The translations under genes were made by a program, and so were the position numbers. Below the pieces are notes generated by a model that saw nothing but the letters and a program-made list of their open reading frames with translations, did not search any database and was not told the origin of the DNA. This document shows positions 63,819 through 64,000 of a DNA stretch of 64,000 bases, piece after piece (the first letter of the stretch is position 1; every line of letters begins with the position of its first letter). Source of the DNA: Antedon mediterranea (taxonomy: Eukaryota > Animalia > Echinodermata); NCBI RefSeq assembly GCF_964355755.1, contig NC_092675.1, forward strand, positions 2,289,812 through 2,353,811, given 5' to 3'.

Positions 63819-64000
63819 AGGGTGTGTGGCGCAGTGTGTTGGACATTGGACTACAGATCGTGAGATTATGGTTCAAATCCATTGCTTGTATCCTTAGGCA
63901 AGATACTTTACTTATGTTTGCCTCTCTCCACCCAAGTGTATAAATAGGTACCCAGTTTGACACAACTTTGCGATGATTACTAGCTGCATTATGGGAGTAT
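63819..64000 (+). mobile_element. tRNA-derived SINE with a conserved core domain
   Basis: A box TGGCGCAGTG and B box GGTTCAAATCC, followed by GTATCCTTAGGCAAGATACTTTAC..TTGCCTCTCTCCACCCAAGTGTATAAATAGGTACC. Related fragments occur at ~15731 and ~46264. Confidence 0.75.

Overview
AT-rich, intron-containing animal genomic DNA, most likely from an invertebrate deuterostome (this taxon call is an inference); there are no prokaryotic features. Four spliced genes can be reconstructed by hand with GT-AG junctions and consistent phases: TRIP4/ASC-1 (minus strand, 583 aa), PCLAF/PAF15 (plus strand, head-to-head with TRIP4), casein kinase 1 gamma (minus strand) and the 5' part of CEP120 (plus strand, head-to-head with CK1 gamma). 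An intact, apparently very recent Ty3/Gypsy LTR retrotransposon (16688-24274) sits in sense orientation inside a TRIP4 intron. The most striking observation is its asymmetric LTR pair. The 5' LTR is A-B-X-B-C (1019 bp) and the 3' LTR is A-B-C (192 bp). The extra X-B segment is a canonical 827-nt GT-AG intron whose removal gives exactly the 3' LTR. The introns also hold a Helitron nested in a Ginger-like element, a 2.6-kb foldback element with IS3EU-type ends, a tRNA-like cassette between direct repeats, several MITEs and SINEs, and many footprint-like TACAGTA/TAGGCCTA words. The first ~13 kb has no coding sequence I can identify. All coordinates and counts were obtained by eye.
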